A stretch of 53,709 bases of DNA, the filler included, from Sluysia triapertura (Eukaryota), in assembly GCA_046118255.1 (NCBI GenBank). It is 4 parts of 4 records of this genome, joined end to end, with 100 filler letters (N's around TTAATTAATTAA, not from the genome) between each part and the next. Parts side by side here need not be neighbours in the genome. Positions count along the whole stretch, not along the records: positions 1 to 13,484 come from JBJNIA010037925.1; positions 13,585 to 25,809 come from JBJNIA010127963.1; 2 more parts are not named here. The stretch is one strand, 5' to 3'. Below, in pieces: positions 1 to 13,656 of the stretch. The position numbers were made by a program, and so were the translations under genes. The notes under the pieces were generated by a model that worked only from the letters and a program-made list of their open reading frames with translations, was not told where the DNA came from and did no database searches. Within the stretch, counting starts at the first letter, position 1. The number at the start of each line of letters is the position of its first letter.

Positions 1-1724
1 TCATCGAAAGGTCTTTTCAAAACAAATACATACACAGTTTCAAATTTAACATAGCATTCCGCATTCAAAAGTTATTCCAAAAACATACTTTTTCTTAATT
101 AAGTTAATTAAGATTTTTAATTAATTAATCTACATTTAGACTTAATCCTATTCTATGTTTAAAGGTATTATTGAGGTTCTAAAGTTTTAGTAGTTTATAA
201 GGCATTCAGGAGGCTCTAGATGTTTTCACATTCAGCTCTTTAATTCCTTTTCTAATTCTTCATGTTTATTACTACATTAAACTTATCTATATTATTTTGA
301 ACAAAGATTTTATTTTTCAAACATTTTAAAGATTTTACAACATGTTTACAATAGAATTTAAAGATTTTACAATAATATTACTTTGTAATATTACTCAAAA
401 AGATGCTTATCAAGGTCTCAAAAATACTTAAAGGTTACTAAAGTCTTAAATGATCTAAAGGTTCCAAAGTTCAAAGGTACCTTAATGCTTCTCGAGGTTT
501 TTCAAGTGAATCTCAAGCTTCCATAAAGTCTCAAACCTTTATATAGGTCTTTTGAACCTTAAGATATTATAAATGTTTTTAGATTATTATAAATGTTTTC
601 TTTTTCATGATTCTTATTTCAAAAAATACTTCATCTCTCACTTCGCGTCAACTCTTCCTTCATTTGTAATTCTATATGTATTTTACTCTTCTTCTAATTC
701 AAAGTATGACAATCCCAACAAAACACAACAATTTTGATGTTCCACGATACCTTGACGCTATAATTAATGTATCTCGTTCCCTCCTCTCAACCTCAGAATT
801 ACTCATGTATCAGTTTCCTAGCACGACATTAGATTCATCAATAAACGCAGCTGAACAATTCGAATCACCTTACAAATAATCAGGAATATAATCCGACTTT
901 CTTAGCATAGTGATGTTGATGACCACCGTAAATAATAAGAGATTTTAAAATAAATCTTTCTCCTATTTATATATTTATATGTACTTATTGATGAAGACAG
1001 CATTTAGTAATTGTGTAAAGAAAAAAGTATAATTATTAATTTCTACAATCAATATTGGAGATTGATTTTATTTCTAAAAGTTTAATCTCGCATTACTTCT
1101 TTGAAATTTAAAAGCGTTATTAATAGGTCAGCTATATTTAGTAAATAATAGTCCTTATAGCATTCTCTTAAAAGTTAAGAATTCGATAGTATATTTTGCA
1201 AATTAAAGATAATATGCCATTGCGGATAAAAAGTTTGATTAATGCAAATTTAGACTACTAATTTCTTAAATTGTATAGGAGAGCCTACTATAAGTTTTAA
1301 ATCTCCCACCATAAGCGAAATCATAGCTACAGTTAAGATAATTATAACCGATGGTTTATAAAACCATCTTACATCAATCAAATAATCTTATCTTTCAGCT
1401 ATGAAGCAAAAATGTGATTTGTTTCTTTGTAATTTCAAATAAATATTTACAGTTAGAATTAAATATTTCGGTTGATTGAAAAATTCTAACAATGAATCAC
1501 AGACTCCAATTTTTTGCCATTGTCAAATGCTCTTTAATGTGATTTTTGTCTGAATCATATCCATTAGAACTGAAATGTCTTTACTCAAAATATTTAACGT
1601 TATCTCAATACATTTTAAATATCACAGAAATAACAAATTATCAATTATTCTTTAATAATAAAATATATATGTTCAAAATGTATAAACCACTGTTTGTATA
1701 AAGTTGATCAATAAAAAGATTCTA

Positions 1725-2375
1725 TTGGTGACACAACACGATAAATATTGACTGAGATAGTTAGCAATAATAAAATAATAAAAAAGCAAATCACTTGCAT
1801 CAATAATCACAATAATGTTTATACGACTGTGACCATTGCTAAAGATTAATCCTCAATCACAATGTTTACCACAAATATGTTGAAGCAGCATTTTTAATTG
1901 AAGTGAAGCTTGGTTTTGCCCCCTATATTTTCCAGAGATTTTTGTTCTAATTTTATTACAAAATTCGATCGTTTATAAAGTAGTTGGTAATTGCTTATAA
2001 GATTAACAATTGAAAAATGGGAATAATTATTTTATATAATTATTCATTCATAAACCGACCAATTTCAATAAGTAAATTTCGATAGTAATTTCCATCGGAT
2101 TCCAATTTTATTGTCTCTTGCAATTACCCAAAGGTAATGGGATTTATAACGAACTAGCCCCTTATCTTATCAACATAACACAATCAAAATTTAATATCAT
2201 TATTACACTAATATTTTACTGTTCAAATAATGTCAACTTAAAATAAATATAAAACTAATTAAATACTAAATTTCTTTTATATGAAAAGTTTTTTGTACAA
2301 TATGTCGTACGTCAACTGTATGTTGCACGTCGATTTCAATTACATGTCAAAATTGGTATCTTCATGAGCATCAAT
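1725..2375 (+). pseudogene. Decayed coding-like repeat, copy 1 of an inverted diverged pair (partner 4760-5375)
   Basis: Its reverse complement aligns by eye with 4760-5375. Translated remnants PLLKINPQSQCLPQIC and QLPKGNGIYNELAPYLINITQSKFNII match PLLKIKL*SQCLLRECC and QLPKDNGICDKQFSYLINIIKSKFNMI. Confidence 0.6.
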
Positions 2376-3322
2376 TCAAAACATACTTTAATCACACTTA
2401 GTTATTATAACACATATATAAACTTAATTTTAGATTTAAAAAACTAATTTTTACGCTATCTGCATCGACGTGCTTCGCAACATTTCAGCATTAGAAATTC
2501 AACAGTTATTTTATCATGTACAGGCATTTTTCACGAAATTATTAAATTAAACAATTTTAAATTAAATTAATTAAATAATGTACTTTTTTCATTTTAACAA
2601 GGAAAGCCTTATAAAGGGTTTTCTTCGTATCTTTCTTCTTATTTTGATTCAAATATTTTATGCACATTCCATTAACATAATTCGTTGTTCACAATTTTAT
2701 CTTATTCTTATACTATAAACGTAACCCTCAGATCTATTTCAACAAAACTTAATGTTACATTTTCTACATCATGACTATAATTTAGAATATTATCTAATAT
2801 CTCTTTTGTGCATAAGTATAATTTCTACCTTTAATTTGAGTACTCTTAAATGATGATGCATGAAACATCTACTTAGTTATTGCAACATCATTGTCACATA
2901 CATTGTACTATAAAATTTTGTAAATTTGAACTTAAACATAGTAATAGTAATATATTATTATTATCATTATTATTATCATTATTATTATTATCATTATTAT
3001 TATTATTACTACATTCAGAGAACAAACCTCTTTAGAAGATGTCTTTTCTTTAATAAGTTCAATAAAAAATACACAATTCAACTTTTACTTTTGCATTTAT
3101 GAAATATTGCTACTTTATCTTTTTATTTATTTTAGTTGACTAAGTTCAGATAAGACACCACTTGTAAATATTTGAATAACTTACTTTGTATATTCTTTAG
3201 CTTTTTTAACAATAAGTAAAAAAGAAATTCTATCATGCATTTGTCAAAATATCATCTAACTCGAATAACTAAAAGAAAATATAAAATAAAAAATAATTCA
3301 CTACCCATTTCTCTATGTTTCT

Positions 3323-3420
3323 ATTAGACTTCGAACCCGAGCCCTTTCGCTGAACTATCAGCCTCGTCTAACAATTTTAGATTACTGTAGTCCATTATAC
3401 TAAATGGCACTTTACGCCTG
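3323..3420 (-). mobile_element. Internally deleted copy of the tRNA-containing mini-LTR-like repeat
   Basis: ttagact...tcgaacccg...ctatcagcctcgtctaacaatttt...aaatggcacttta matches the copies at 27155 and 28440. Confidence 0.7.
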
Positions 3421-3489
3421 TATGTTTTACTTAAAACATCTTGTAAATCATTAATTTCAACATCAGAAGGGTATCCGATATGTGGGCTC

Positions 3490-3627
3490 ATCAAATGGAC
3501 TGACCAGGAACCGAACTGCATAGTTCGATGTTCTACCCACTGAGCTATCAGCCCCGTTTAACAATTTTATTTTTTATTATAGTCAATTATACTATTATTA
3601 TATAGCACTTTAGGCCTGTACCCAAAT
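3490..3627 (-). mobile_element. Partial copy of the tRNA-containing mini-LTR-like repeat
   Basis: aaatggactgacc...cactgagctatcagccccgtttaacaatttt...gcactttaggcctgtacccaa matches 27155-27310. Confidence 0.75.
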
Positions 3628-4759
3628 ATATCAGTGTTAACAAAACTCATATTATATTTCGTAAAGAAATAGTTGAACTTGATTTACTTTTGCATGAAAA
3701 TGAATTAGCGATAAAAACTATAGTGTTTATGTTTCATGTTCATTAGTATTTTCTAACCAAATTGATCTCAATGACGCAATTTTTTGTCACCAACATTAAA
3801 CTCCACTAAGTTACGTAATTTGCAACTTTATTAAGAAAAAAGGTACCACTATTCTTCTATTAAATCTCTGACAACAGAATTTTCATCACAATCAACTTTA
3901 ATTTTCATATTCAATTTTTAATTTTATTAAAACAATTCATTTCAGTTTTAATTGTTTATGGAAAATAACTTTGAGAAAATAGTTTTTAGAAAATCTCGAA
4001 GTATTTGCCAAAAAATAAAATAACACTTTCTAAAAATGAAAAAGAATTTTCTAGAAAATTCTAAAAGTTCCATTGATTTTGATTGTGTATGGTGGTATCA
4101 GTTCAGTCCTAATCAAAAGTTATTAACACCAATCATTAATATAGGTCACAAAAATTTTTGGTTGTCATCGAAAGTAGAAGCATTCTGATTTAGATAAGAA
4201 ATTTAAGATTTTGGAATCCATAACTTATTCATCCATTTTTTAATTTAGTACGCTAATAATTTTGATTTCTTCCCCGGAGCGAATGAATCACAAAAAAGAC
4301 TTAAATTATTCTTGATAGAATTTTTTAACCCCGATTTAATGATAGTCAAAATCTGTTTTTAAAATCATTATAGTTGAAAAAATTTTTAAATTCATCATAT
4401 TTTTATTTCTTTTTTCTGTCTGTTTATTAATTATTTAGTGTGAATCTATTTTTAAATTTTGTAATAAACTTTGAGGATCAGTAATAAAATGTATTTAATA
4501 AATTTATATTTATATCACAATTTTCATTATTAATTTTATAATAGTAATCATAATAGTAATTTTATAATGATAATTTAGATTTATTTTTATAATAATAATT
4601 ATTATTACTAATATTTAATTTTCAATTATTAATTCTATTAATAAATTTTTATTACTGATTTCATAAATTCCGTAAATTTTAATATTAATTTTATTTATTA
4701 ATTTATTAATTTTATTTCTAAATTACTTTTATGTTTAATTATAATAAAAGTATATATAT

Positions 4760-5375
4760 AAAATTAATCCTCATTAAGATACGAATTCAGACAAGTTTTT
4801 GAAATGGATGTATACGTACGGTGAAATATCTCATATTTTATTAAAAATTCGTATAGAAAGAAGTCGATATGTTATTCAAACAGTAAACATTATTATGATA
4901 ATCATGTTAAATTTTGATTTTATTATGTTAATAAGATAAGAGAATTGTTTGTCACAAATCCCATTATCTTTGGGTAATTGTTGATTGATAATAAATTGGA
5001 AGTCAGTGGAAAGTCGACAGAAATTATCGTTGAAATTAGATTAATAAAATTGGTAGTCTTATAACCGGCTGCAGGAGAATAAGTAATTACAGCGATTTTC
5101 CAATTTTAATTTCCTCAGCAATTATCTAACTACTACATAAGCAATCACATTTTTGCCAAATATTCACACATAAGAAGTAAGATAAAATATTAAAGTGTAA
5201 CATCACCTGATGCAAGGAAGCTGCTGCAACACTCTCGTAGCAAACATTGTGATTAGAGCTTTATCTTCAGCAATGGATCAAAATTTATATTTTTATTATT
5301 GTTGTGATTAGTCGACCCATGTTTATGTTATATTCGTTAAATACGAGTACTAACATTTTGTGTTGTGTCAGCCCT
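4760..5375 (-). pseudogene. Decayed coding-like repeat, copy 2 of the inverted pair
   Basis: Homologous to 1725-2375 in the opposite orientation, e.g. cccattatctttgggtaattg versus caattacccaaaggtaatggg. Confidence 0.6.
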
Positions 5376-5693
5376 GAACTTGATTATTGTATTTTGTTAA
5401 CTGTTTTGTGATTATGAAAAACATAAATATTTCCGACTAATTAGATTTTGTTATTGGGTTATTGTTAGTATTGTTATATATATAACAAAATTGATTTGCA
5501 TTGAGTTATTGAATTATAATTGATATCCCATAAAGTTAGATATACTGAGATTCGGACGTGTTTAATTTTCTTATGCAACCATTTAATATAAAAACCCAGC
5601 AATATAATTACATATTTTTATAAAAACCGTATTAATCCAAAGTGCAGCCTAGGAATAATTAATTTACATTAATTTATATATGAAATTTTTATT

Positions 5694-5740
5694 TTAACCC
5701 CTTCGCTACCAACCACGAATATACTCGTGATACTTTCAAT
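5694..5740 (+). mobile_element. piggyBac-like transposon terminus
   Basis: TTAA followed by CCCCTTCGCTACCAA, similar to TTAACCCTTTGACTACCAA at 53587. TTAA-CCC is the typical piggyBac end. Confidence 0.45.
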
Positions 5741-6577
5741 ATATTGTAACATGCAACTTGTAGAGCTTGCAAACCTTTCTTTCATGGCCACAAACATAAA
5801 TATACAAGTGTAAAAACTTGCAAAAAGCTACAACTAAATTGTTTTTACAAAAATTCTACTTTATTTATTAATTTATGTTTACTTTTCAACTAATAATAAC
5901 TAATACTTCTTACTCTACAAAACTACACTGCTTACTGATGAGAGATGTTGCAGATTAACTCAGTTAGAGTCAAATTGCTCAATATTGCATGATCCCGTTA
6001 TCTCTGACACGAAATAGAATCTAAGTAATCGTCAGCCTTTGCAAATTTACAGAAAATTGTGTCCCTTCTTTTAGTATTTTTATACTTTCATCTATTTGTG
6101 TGATTCATGATTTGTTTTTTTTGCTTAAATGTGTGCATTCCCATTTCCAACCGCACGAGCATACTCGAGTTTGATTTTTATACATGTAAATGATTATTTA
6201 TGACAAAATATGTTATATATATCTTGAAAAAGTAAAACTTAGGTAAACAATAACAACACTCAACACAAAAATGGCAAAGCGAATAACTTCGTCCAATTTA
6301 AAATTTTAAAAATTTAAAATTTCGTCGTAATTACTCATACAATGAGTGAAAAAATAGCTTTTTTTATAAATTTTATTATTATTTATTGACATTTAAAAGT
6401 AGTATATATATGTATATAAAAAGTAAAAATATTCATGTATTAAAAAATGACTAAATTTCTTATATACATATCATGCTTTGTATTATACAAGTAATGAAAA
6501 ATAAATATTTTATGATTACCATTATCATTATTATTACTATTATTATTATTATAATTATTATTATTATATTATCATTA

Positions 6578-7146
6578 TTATTCATTTTTCAGCATCGATT
6601 CTAGTAATTCTGAATCAACATATCCTGTTTCATCTAACTGATTCATCATTTTCCAACCCAAATCGGCCCATTTTTCCAGTGATTGTTCACATTCATTTCG
6701 TAACTTCTTGTTACCTGTTTGGCCCCATTTTAACAGATCTGGCGCATTTGTAACTGCTAATCTAGTCAATTTACAAGCGTACTCTCGCCAGGCTACTTTA
6801 TCTAACATCAAATCACGGATTGTTAATAAAAGTTCTTGTTTAGTTCGCGGTTCACGCATGAAATCAGCATTATTCTCACAATCACCTCCCAATTCGACTT
6901 TTAACTCATCTATTTCATATTCTTTTGTACGCAGACTGTCTTCCAATTCACTAACTTGATTTTCTAAACGATTCTTTTCGTCCAATAAATCATTAATGTA
7001 TTGCTGATTGGTGGAAAATGTCAATGTGTTTAATGGTGCCTTGTTTTGCCATTGTTCATTTATTGTTAATGCAGTTGCACGATCTTCCACTTCGATTTCG
7101 AGTATGGCTTGTTTCTGTTTGAGAAGTTGAAGTTGCTTTGTTAATT
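6578..7146 (-). CDS. Terminal exon of a coiled-coil protein with a C-terminal FIP-RBD-like motif (Rab11-FIP-like)
   Basis: Acceptor ctttttgctacag precedes 7146, the frame is open with heptad coiled-coil, and TKQELLLTIRDLMLDKVAWREYACKLTRLAVTNAPDLL resembles the FIP-RBD pattern. Confidence 0.55.
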
Positions 7147-8006
7147 CTGTAGCAAAAGATAAAAAATAATGTTTTTTACATATAAAAATTAATTTCAATA
7201 TAGTAGGAAAATTTGCTGTAAGCATGCATTGTTTGTGTCTTGTAAAACATGAATAACATTATTTCTGTTCAAAATAGAATTTTCATCATAAAATGTTATT
7301 ACAGAAGCTATGAAAATTTTAAGCAACAATGTGGAATAATCTAAGATTCATTCATAACATAAAGTATCAAATGATTTGTCGACAATATTTTGTAAGTAGC
7401 AATTAAAATTGCTCATGTCTTGTATTACACTCTGTATATTACTGAATATTGATTAATTATAGATAGTAAACCCTCTATGGGCCGAATTTCTTTTTGCCAT
7501 TTCAGATTGATGGTGCTGATGGTTATTTCGGAGGGACTTATATAATTATGGAAAAATCGAAAACTATTTGGTAAAATATGTATATATTAGCTTATGACTC
7601 GAAAGTCACAGAGGATTAAAGCACAATTTTGGATATCTTTGTATATTACAATTGCTTGTCTGTAAATTTATGCTTTCAAATAATCCACAAAATCAAGATG
7701 AATTATTAGAAAAATAAATATTTACATTAAATAATATCAATAGAAATCAATATTCACACGAGGTAATGTCTCAAAAAAGAACGACTTTACATCACAATAT
7801 CATTTTATTGTCAAGAAGATATCTGTCATTTCATGAATATTTTTCAATGAAAATATATTATGTTTTGTTTGTATTTACAAAGACAAATTATAAAAGTGGC
7901 ATCTTATTCTACATTAAAAAAGTACTTATGGCGCCTGTGTGTATAATCTCACGCAAAACAAATAACTTCAATAAAACTAACGATAATATAAAATAAATAA
8001 AATAAT

Positions 8007-8612
8007 TGTGGTGGTTAACCTTTTTATTCAAAATTTAAATCATTATTACACATACTTAATATCACTTTTCTTAACATTTCACGTTTTATTTTTCAGATTC
8101 ATTAAAATCTTTTTACATTTTAAAACATTTTAAATTCGCAATCTCACAACATTAATTAAGATTATACTTACATTAAACTTATATTTCAAAGATTATTCAA
8201 AACATTTCAAATCCAACATGTCACACTTAAAACCAAATTCCAAACATTTTACCTATTTTTCCATCAAAACCACTAAAACTTTAGACATTTCAATACATTT
8301 CGAGTTCACAATTCGTCAGCAATAAAATCATCCATTACATCAAAAATCATTAAATTCATAATTCAAAATTATTTTAAAATACCATTATAATCAAAATGGA
8401 ATTTCTTTTAACATCTTTAACGACGTTGTTATTTTTCTTTTATTCATGCATAAATGTTCCTTAAAAGATAATTAGAATCAAAGAAATTTAATTCATTTTA
8501 AAAAGAAAAGAAAAATTTTAAAGAAAGTTAGAAATAAAGAAATTTAAAAGAGATTTATGTTTTTATCATTTTGATGTCATTTTATTTTGTTTTATTATTT
8601 TATTTTATTTCA

Positions 8613-8651
<39 letters not shown>

Positions 8652-8870
8652 CAACATTATTACTACTATGTTTATTACTATTATTGATTATAATTCATTA
8701 TTTTAATTTTACATTCACAGTAACTGTCATTATGGACAGTATTTTGATGGATTTAAATTGAAATTTTATGACAGACATAGTCAACAGTTTTGTTGTAAAA
8801 TCACTTTATTATTGGCCATCCAATTCTTTTTTAATAAATCAGGTTAAAGAGTAAAAATAGTAACAAAATT
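8007..8870 (+). repeat. LTR/leader-like repeat upstream of the RBFOX-like ORF
   Basis: Starts TGTGGTGG on a C/A-rich, G-poor strand. aaaacattttaaattcgcaat and gagttcacaat are shared with the minus strand of 38210-38520. Paired segments ctgtcat...atgacag lie near 8725-8776. Confidence 0.5.
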
Positions 8871-9072
8871 GGTACCTTACATGAAAATATAGAAAAATAG
8901 AAACATAGACAGTGCGCAAAAATTTTAAAATTTAAATTACTTACAATAAAAATTAGCGAGTGTTGGCTCAAAAATTATTTGTTAAATTGTGTTATAAATC
9001 AAGTAAAATTTAGAGATAAGAGAGTAAAAAAGATATTATCAATTAGTAAACAATTTGTTGTTCTTTCACTTA

Positions 9073-9957
9073 ATGAATTTTATAAACGAAAACTATCAAT
9101 TGAATTGTGCAAGTCGAATAAATGACCCTAAAAGAATGCATATATCAAATATTCCATTCAGCTATCGTGAAATGGATTTAAAACAATTATTGAAAGGCTA
9201 TAGTGTAATTCTAGATGTGGAAATTATTTTTATTAAAAAAGGATCAAAAGGATTCGGCTTTGTTACCTTCGAAAACGCATTTGATGCAGATAAAGCAAAA
9301 AATGATTTAAATGGAAAAGAAGTAGAAGGACGTAAAGCGGAAATTAATGTTGCTACTCCCAGATCTATTTTCAACAAAAGAAAAAAATATGTTTTAAACC
9401 AAACTAATGTTTTCAATTTAGAAAATGCCGAAATGTCGTATAAATTGCAATTTCACCCATTCAGAGAAATGTGTTGCCATTTTCATTTTGATAATACTTT
9501 TAGAAATGTAAGATTTTCAAAAGTGTGCAAGCATTGTAAAGCATTTAATACAAGCGATATGGATAAACTGGAAACAATTAAAAGAAAGAGCTCTGTTTCT
9601 TCAGATATAGTTATCCCACCAAATACATCATTTGGTGCACAACCAAAAAATGAAAATTACATCGATAATAACAGAGTCGGGATATGTCAATTCACAACAG
9701 ACGATTTTGGTATATGTCGTAGATCTGGCCACTCATGCCAATACAACCATAATATTTTCGAAACGATTTCTAATCCTATCAATGATTACTATCAAAATGA
9801 TCATATTAATAGATTCAACAAATTATTACTTTCTTTGCGAATCAATCCCACAAATTCCTTATCTACATGTGACAATTATGAGCTAAGCAATAAACATAAG
9901 GATAATCAGATTAAAGTCAAGAGTAAACTTTATTGTTATAAAAATTTTTATATATAG
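9073..9957 (+). CDS. Intronless RBFOX/Fox-1-type RRM protein with a C-terminal CCCH zinc finger (retrocopy-like chimera)
   Basis: [15 protein letters not shown]...[46 protein letters not shown] matches the [30 protein letters not shown] is a CCCH finger. The ORF is uninterrupted, first ATG at 9073. Confidence 0.85.
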   Translation: MNFINENYQLNCASRINDPKRMHISNIPFSYREMDLKQLLKGYSVILDVEIIFIKKGSKGFGFVTFENAFDADKAKNDLNGKEVEGRKAEINVATPRSIFNKRKKYVLNQTNVFNLENAEMSYKLQFHPFREMCCHFHFDNTFRNVRFSKVCKHCKAFNTSDMDKLETIKRKSSVSSDIVIPPNTSFGAQPKNENYIDNNRVGICQFTTDDFGICRRSGHSCQYNHNIFETISNPINDYYQNDHINRFNKLLLSLRINPTNSLSTCDNYELSNKHKDNQIKVKSKLYCYKNFYI

Positions 9958-10379
9958 TTACAACTTTTATTTTTTGTTAAGAATGTGTTATGCGAAACAA
10001 TCGCTGGTAGTCCAAGATGCAAGTCATTCGACTATATTCCTGATCACATCAATAATCGTTAAAACTTCTAACATCAAAATTCGTGTTATAAAAAATAAAA
10101 CTTTAGAACTTTGTTTTTAAAATTTGTTGTATAAATTTTTTTGTAAAGATGTGATAAATATATTTATTTTTAATTCAAAACAATTTAATTATAAAATTTT
10201 AATTGCTAAATGTATAATAACAAAAAATAGTAGTAATAATTATCTTGTAATAATAATAAAAACGTTCGATCAACCCCCAAAATAATAATAATTATAATAA
10301 TATCAAATAATAAAGATAATAAATAATTTAATAATTGTTAATAAAAATAAAATTTTTATGTTTTAAACCATATGAAATT

Positions 10380-10945
10380 GTCTATTACAGAATATCTCTT
10401 GAAAAATCTTTTAAACAAAATTCCCAGTCTAAATCACATTTCCTAGATCATGTAATAGTTATTCATACGTGTTATGTCTCACAACCGACACAATTAATAA
10501 ATTCGAAACGTCAATCAATATAATATTTAAACATTAAATCATTCAACAAGAACGTTAGGCTAGACAAATTTATTCTACAAATCATTTACAGACTTAAACA
10601 ATACGTATTTTATACCACATTAAAGTTATATCAGATCATAATTCATTGAATTCACTTCTTTTTAAGATCATTAAATAACAACATTTCATAAAAAGAAAAT
10701 TCATTCACAAAATTCGTCAAACACAAAAATTATACTTAAAATCTAAATATTAAATACAATAATACTAGAACTAGTATTAAATTCTAGAACTAGTTATTAC
10801 AACAATAAACACACAAACTGAGACTTTACAACCTTATAATCAAATAACTCATATCATTATTCATTTAAACCACTCTACCTTAACGTTACATCATATAATT
10901 TCATTTTACAGATCATTTAAAGTCTTAAACATCAGAGTACGTACA
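10380..10945 (+). repeat. C/A-rich LTR/leader-like segment
   Basis: Same strand composition as the other leaders, with an acceptor-like ttcattttacag near 10900. No cargo ORF was recognised. Confidence 0.3.
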
Positions 10946-12289
10946 TTATTGGTGCAAGATCATGTGGAGAATTTAAAGATATTTTTATAAAAGAAAAGGT
11001 ATTGCATAATAATGATAATAATTGTATTGCATAATTGTATTTTAACAAAATCTAGTTCAACAACCAATGAAATGCGAATTAACTCTATTAATGAACTGAA
11101 GTAGAGAGTTCATTGAAAATCAAATAATAAAAAATAAAGAAAATTTGTGAAAGAAAAATTGTTGGCTTAAAAATTAGTCAAATTAAGAATTACTGTTATT
11201 GCGATCTGTTTTTTTCATTTAAAACTATGTTTAAGACGTCTAATATAAACTTAGATAAAAAGATGTTAGTTTCAATTTACCATGATAATCGTGCGCTTTC
11301 CATTTTTTAGGCACCTTATCGGGTAACTTTTACCCAATGTGGAAGTAATTCAACCCTTTCTTTGACAAAAAAGCGATGAATTGAGCATACAATAGTAATG
11401 AACAGAGCTCAATAATCATTCGTAAAATATAGGACTTAAACGATTTATAATTATGATTTTTATTGATGTTTACTTTTATTTTTGTTAAGGTGAATCATTT
11501 TCCCACAAAAATTAAATGATTAAATACGTGCCTAATAAAGAAAATTAGAATAATGTACGGCATTGATCTATTGAACATTATGATAACTTCCAATATGTTT
11601 AGATACAGGATGGGAGTTGCAATAAACTATCCCCGCTCGGTATACAGACTTAGTTCAAGCTTAAGTTCAATCGTAATTACATTTAGTATATTCGAATCAA
11701 TTCTACATATAAAAGAAATAATTAAACAAAGATTCTTTTGCAATGTTCATTTATTTGTTTACGAAAATCTTTGTCAAAAAGTTGTGAAGGTTTATTTTTG
11801 TCAATAACACTATAGATTATTACATAACTCTTAAGCACATCAATATTAATTCTAAAATCATAAACTATTCAGTGGAGGCTCCATTCACATTTTATACTCA
11901 TATTCACACAAAAATGGCAAAATTTTAACACCATTAGTAATACATGGTATGGATAATTAAATATTTTGAAAATCTCGGATAGCATCTTTAATAATGTGAA
12001 TCTATGTAAGTATTTTGTAATTGATATTAGGAATAAGATAAGAGCGAGTAACTTTTGAATAGGACCATTTAATAAGAACCGTAAAAGATAAAACGAACGA
12101 AGAAAAGATTATAGAATTATATGTTGTTTTAATTTGTAAGTAACGGGTTGCTTATAATAATATATTAATATATATTGCGATCATATCTACTGCGAAATAA
12201 GTACTCAAAAGCGCTTAAGTTAAATCATTAACTATAATATTTCTGAAACAGAAAGAACTTTGCCTTTTTCTTAAATATTTCATAATCTT

Positions 12290-12560
12290 CAAGAAATTCG
12301 GTTGTATATTTTTGAAACATAGACGGTACACAACCTATCACCTAGATTGTTATCACTCTGGATTCTGATATAGATTATCATGCCTCAATAAAATATTCAT
12401 CTTGTTTTCCAATTTTCGTATTATTTCTAAAAGATATCCGGGACCTCCGTAATGTAAGCATTTGTAAATTATTGTCACGATTTTTAATTCTATTCTTGCT
12501 TTTAATGGCAAGATTTATAATAATTGAGTTATATTCGTCATTTGGTATTAATTGTTAAAA
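12290..12560 (-). mobile_element. L2/CR1-group LINE remnant (3' part of RT ORF)
   Basis: Minus strand reads LPLKARIELKIVTIIYKCLHYGGPGYL, typical of the L2/Crack C-terminal region. Confidence 0.65.
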
Positions 12561-13304
12561 ATTAACTAAATTTTTGATTGGTTAATTTCATTAATTTAAA
12601 ATTTTTGGTTGTTCATAGTTAATTTAAAATAATTTCTGGAAATTTTAATTTGCAAGGATAAAAGATCAGTGATACCCTTTGTGTAAGGACTAGAAGATTC
12701 GATCGGAATTGTATGAAGGTTGACATTGTTCTTATGGATCATCAAAAAGAATGTGACCGAGGAGGAGAAATAATATTAGCATTACAAAGTTGAATAAACG
12801 TTTATATCATAATAACAAGAATAAGTACTGGCCTAAAGTGCCACTGAATGATGATAGTGTAATTAACCATAATGAAACAAAACTGTTAGACATAATAAGG
12901 TCCGACATAATAAAATATTAAACTGCCTAGCTGACAAAATGACACAAATGGGATTCTTTGTCATTCTTTTCCTAATTCAAAGGTTCGCAAACTAGGGGCG
13001 AGCCCCCGGATGAGGGCGCTAAAAATTTTAAAATTGATAGATTTTACAAACAAAGTTTGTTTTTCTTTGAATATTTTTGTTGTAATTCCATAATTTACGT
13101 TCGAGATGTAGAACAATCATCAAGAATAAAATGGCAAAGCAAATATACTTACAAATTCATACATGTTCACTAGAGATATTATGCTATTTTTTAGCTGCTA
13201 AATAAAAATAACGTTAGCGGACAGCTATCACAGTCGCGAAATAGCAGCTATTAAATAACAGCGACGTGTTGAAAAAATATTAATATTTCACAAATATTAA
13301 AATT

Positions 13305-13484
13305 TCGCAATGGTTTGGAAATAAATACTTGAAAATCAATGAAGAAAAGTCAGAATTTATAATCTTCAAAATAAATGAAGCAAAGTTAATTGTAGGTGGC
13401 AAGACATTAGATGCGAAGCAAAAAGTACGAAATATAGGTTGTTATATGGATTCAAAAATGAACATGGAAGAAAATATTAATTGT
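13305..13484 (+). mobile_element. L2/CR1-group LINE RT fragment
   Basis: WFGNKYLKINEEKSEFIIF...KVRNIGCYMDSKMNMEENIN. Confidence 0.7.
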
Positions 13485-13584
13485 NNNNNNNNNNNNNNNN
13501 NNNNNNNNNNNNNNNNNNNNNNNNNNNNTTAATTAATTAANNNNNNNNNNNNNNNNNNNNNNNNNNNNNNNNNNNNNNNNNNNN
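13485..13584. other. Artificial contig linker (N-TTAATTAATTAA-N)
   Basis: Six-frame stop linker at 13529-13540 inside an N run. Confidence 0.95.
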
Positions 13585-13656
13585 TTTTAAACTGTGCCGC
13601 CAAATTTTGAAATCTTTAAAATAGTGCCGCAACAAAAAAAAGGCTGAGAATCACTG
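13585..13656. mobile_element. hAT-like MITE terminus abutting the gypsy RT
   Basis: gtgccgc subterminal repeats and the end ggctgagaatcactg, whose reverse complement is a CAGTG-TTCTCA-type hAT end. Confidence 0.55.

Noticed and set aside
676-879. Short ORF after an LTR-like C/A-rich segment
   Set aside because: No recognisable homology and too short to call.
13529-13540. TTAATTAATTAA repeated three times in N runs, as a biological repeat
   Set aside because: Identical six-frame-stop linker in equal-length N padding, i.e. an assembly concatenation artefact.
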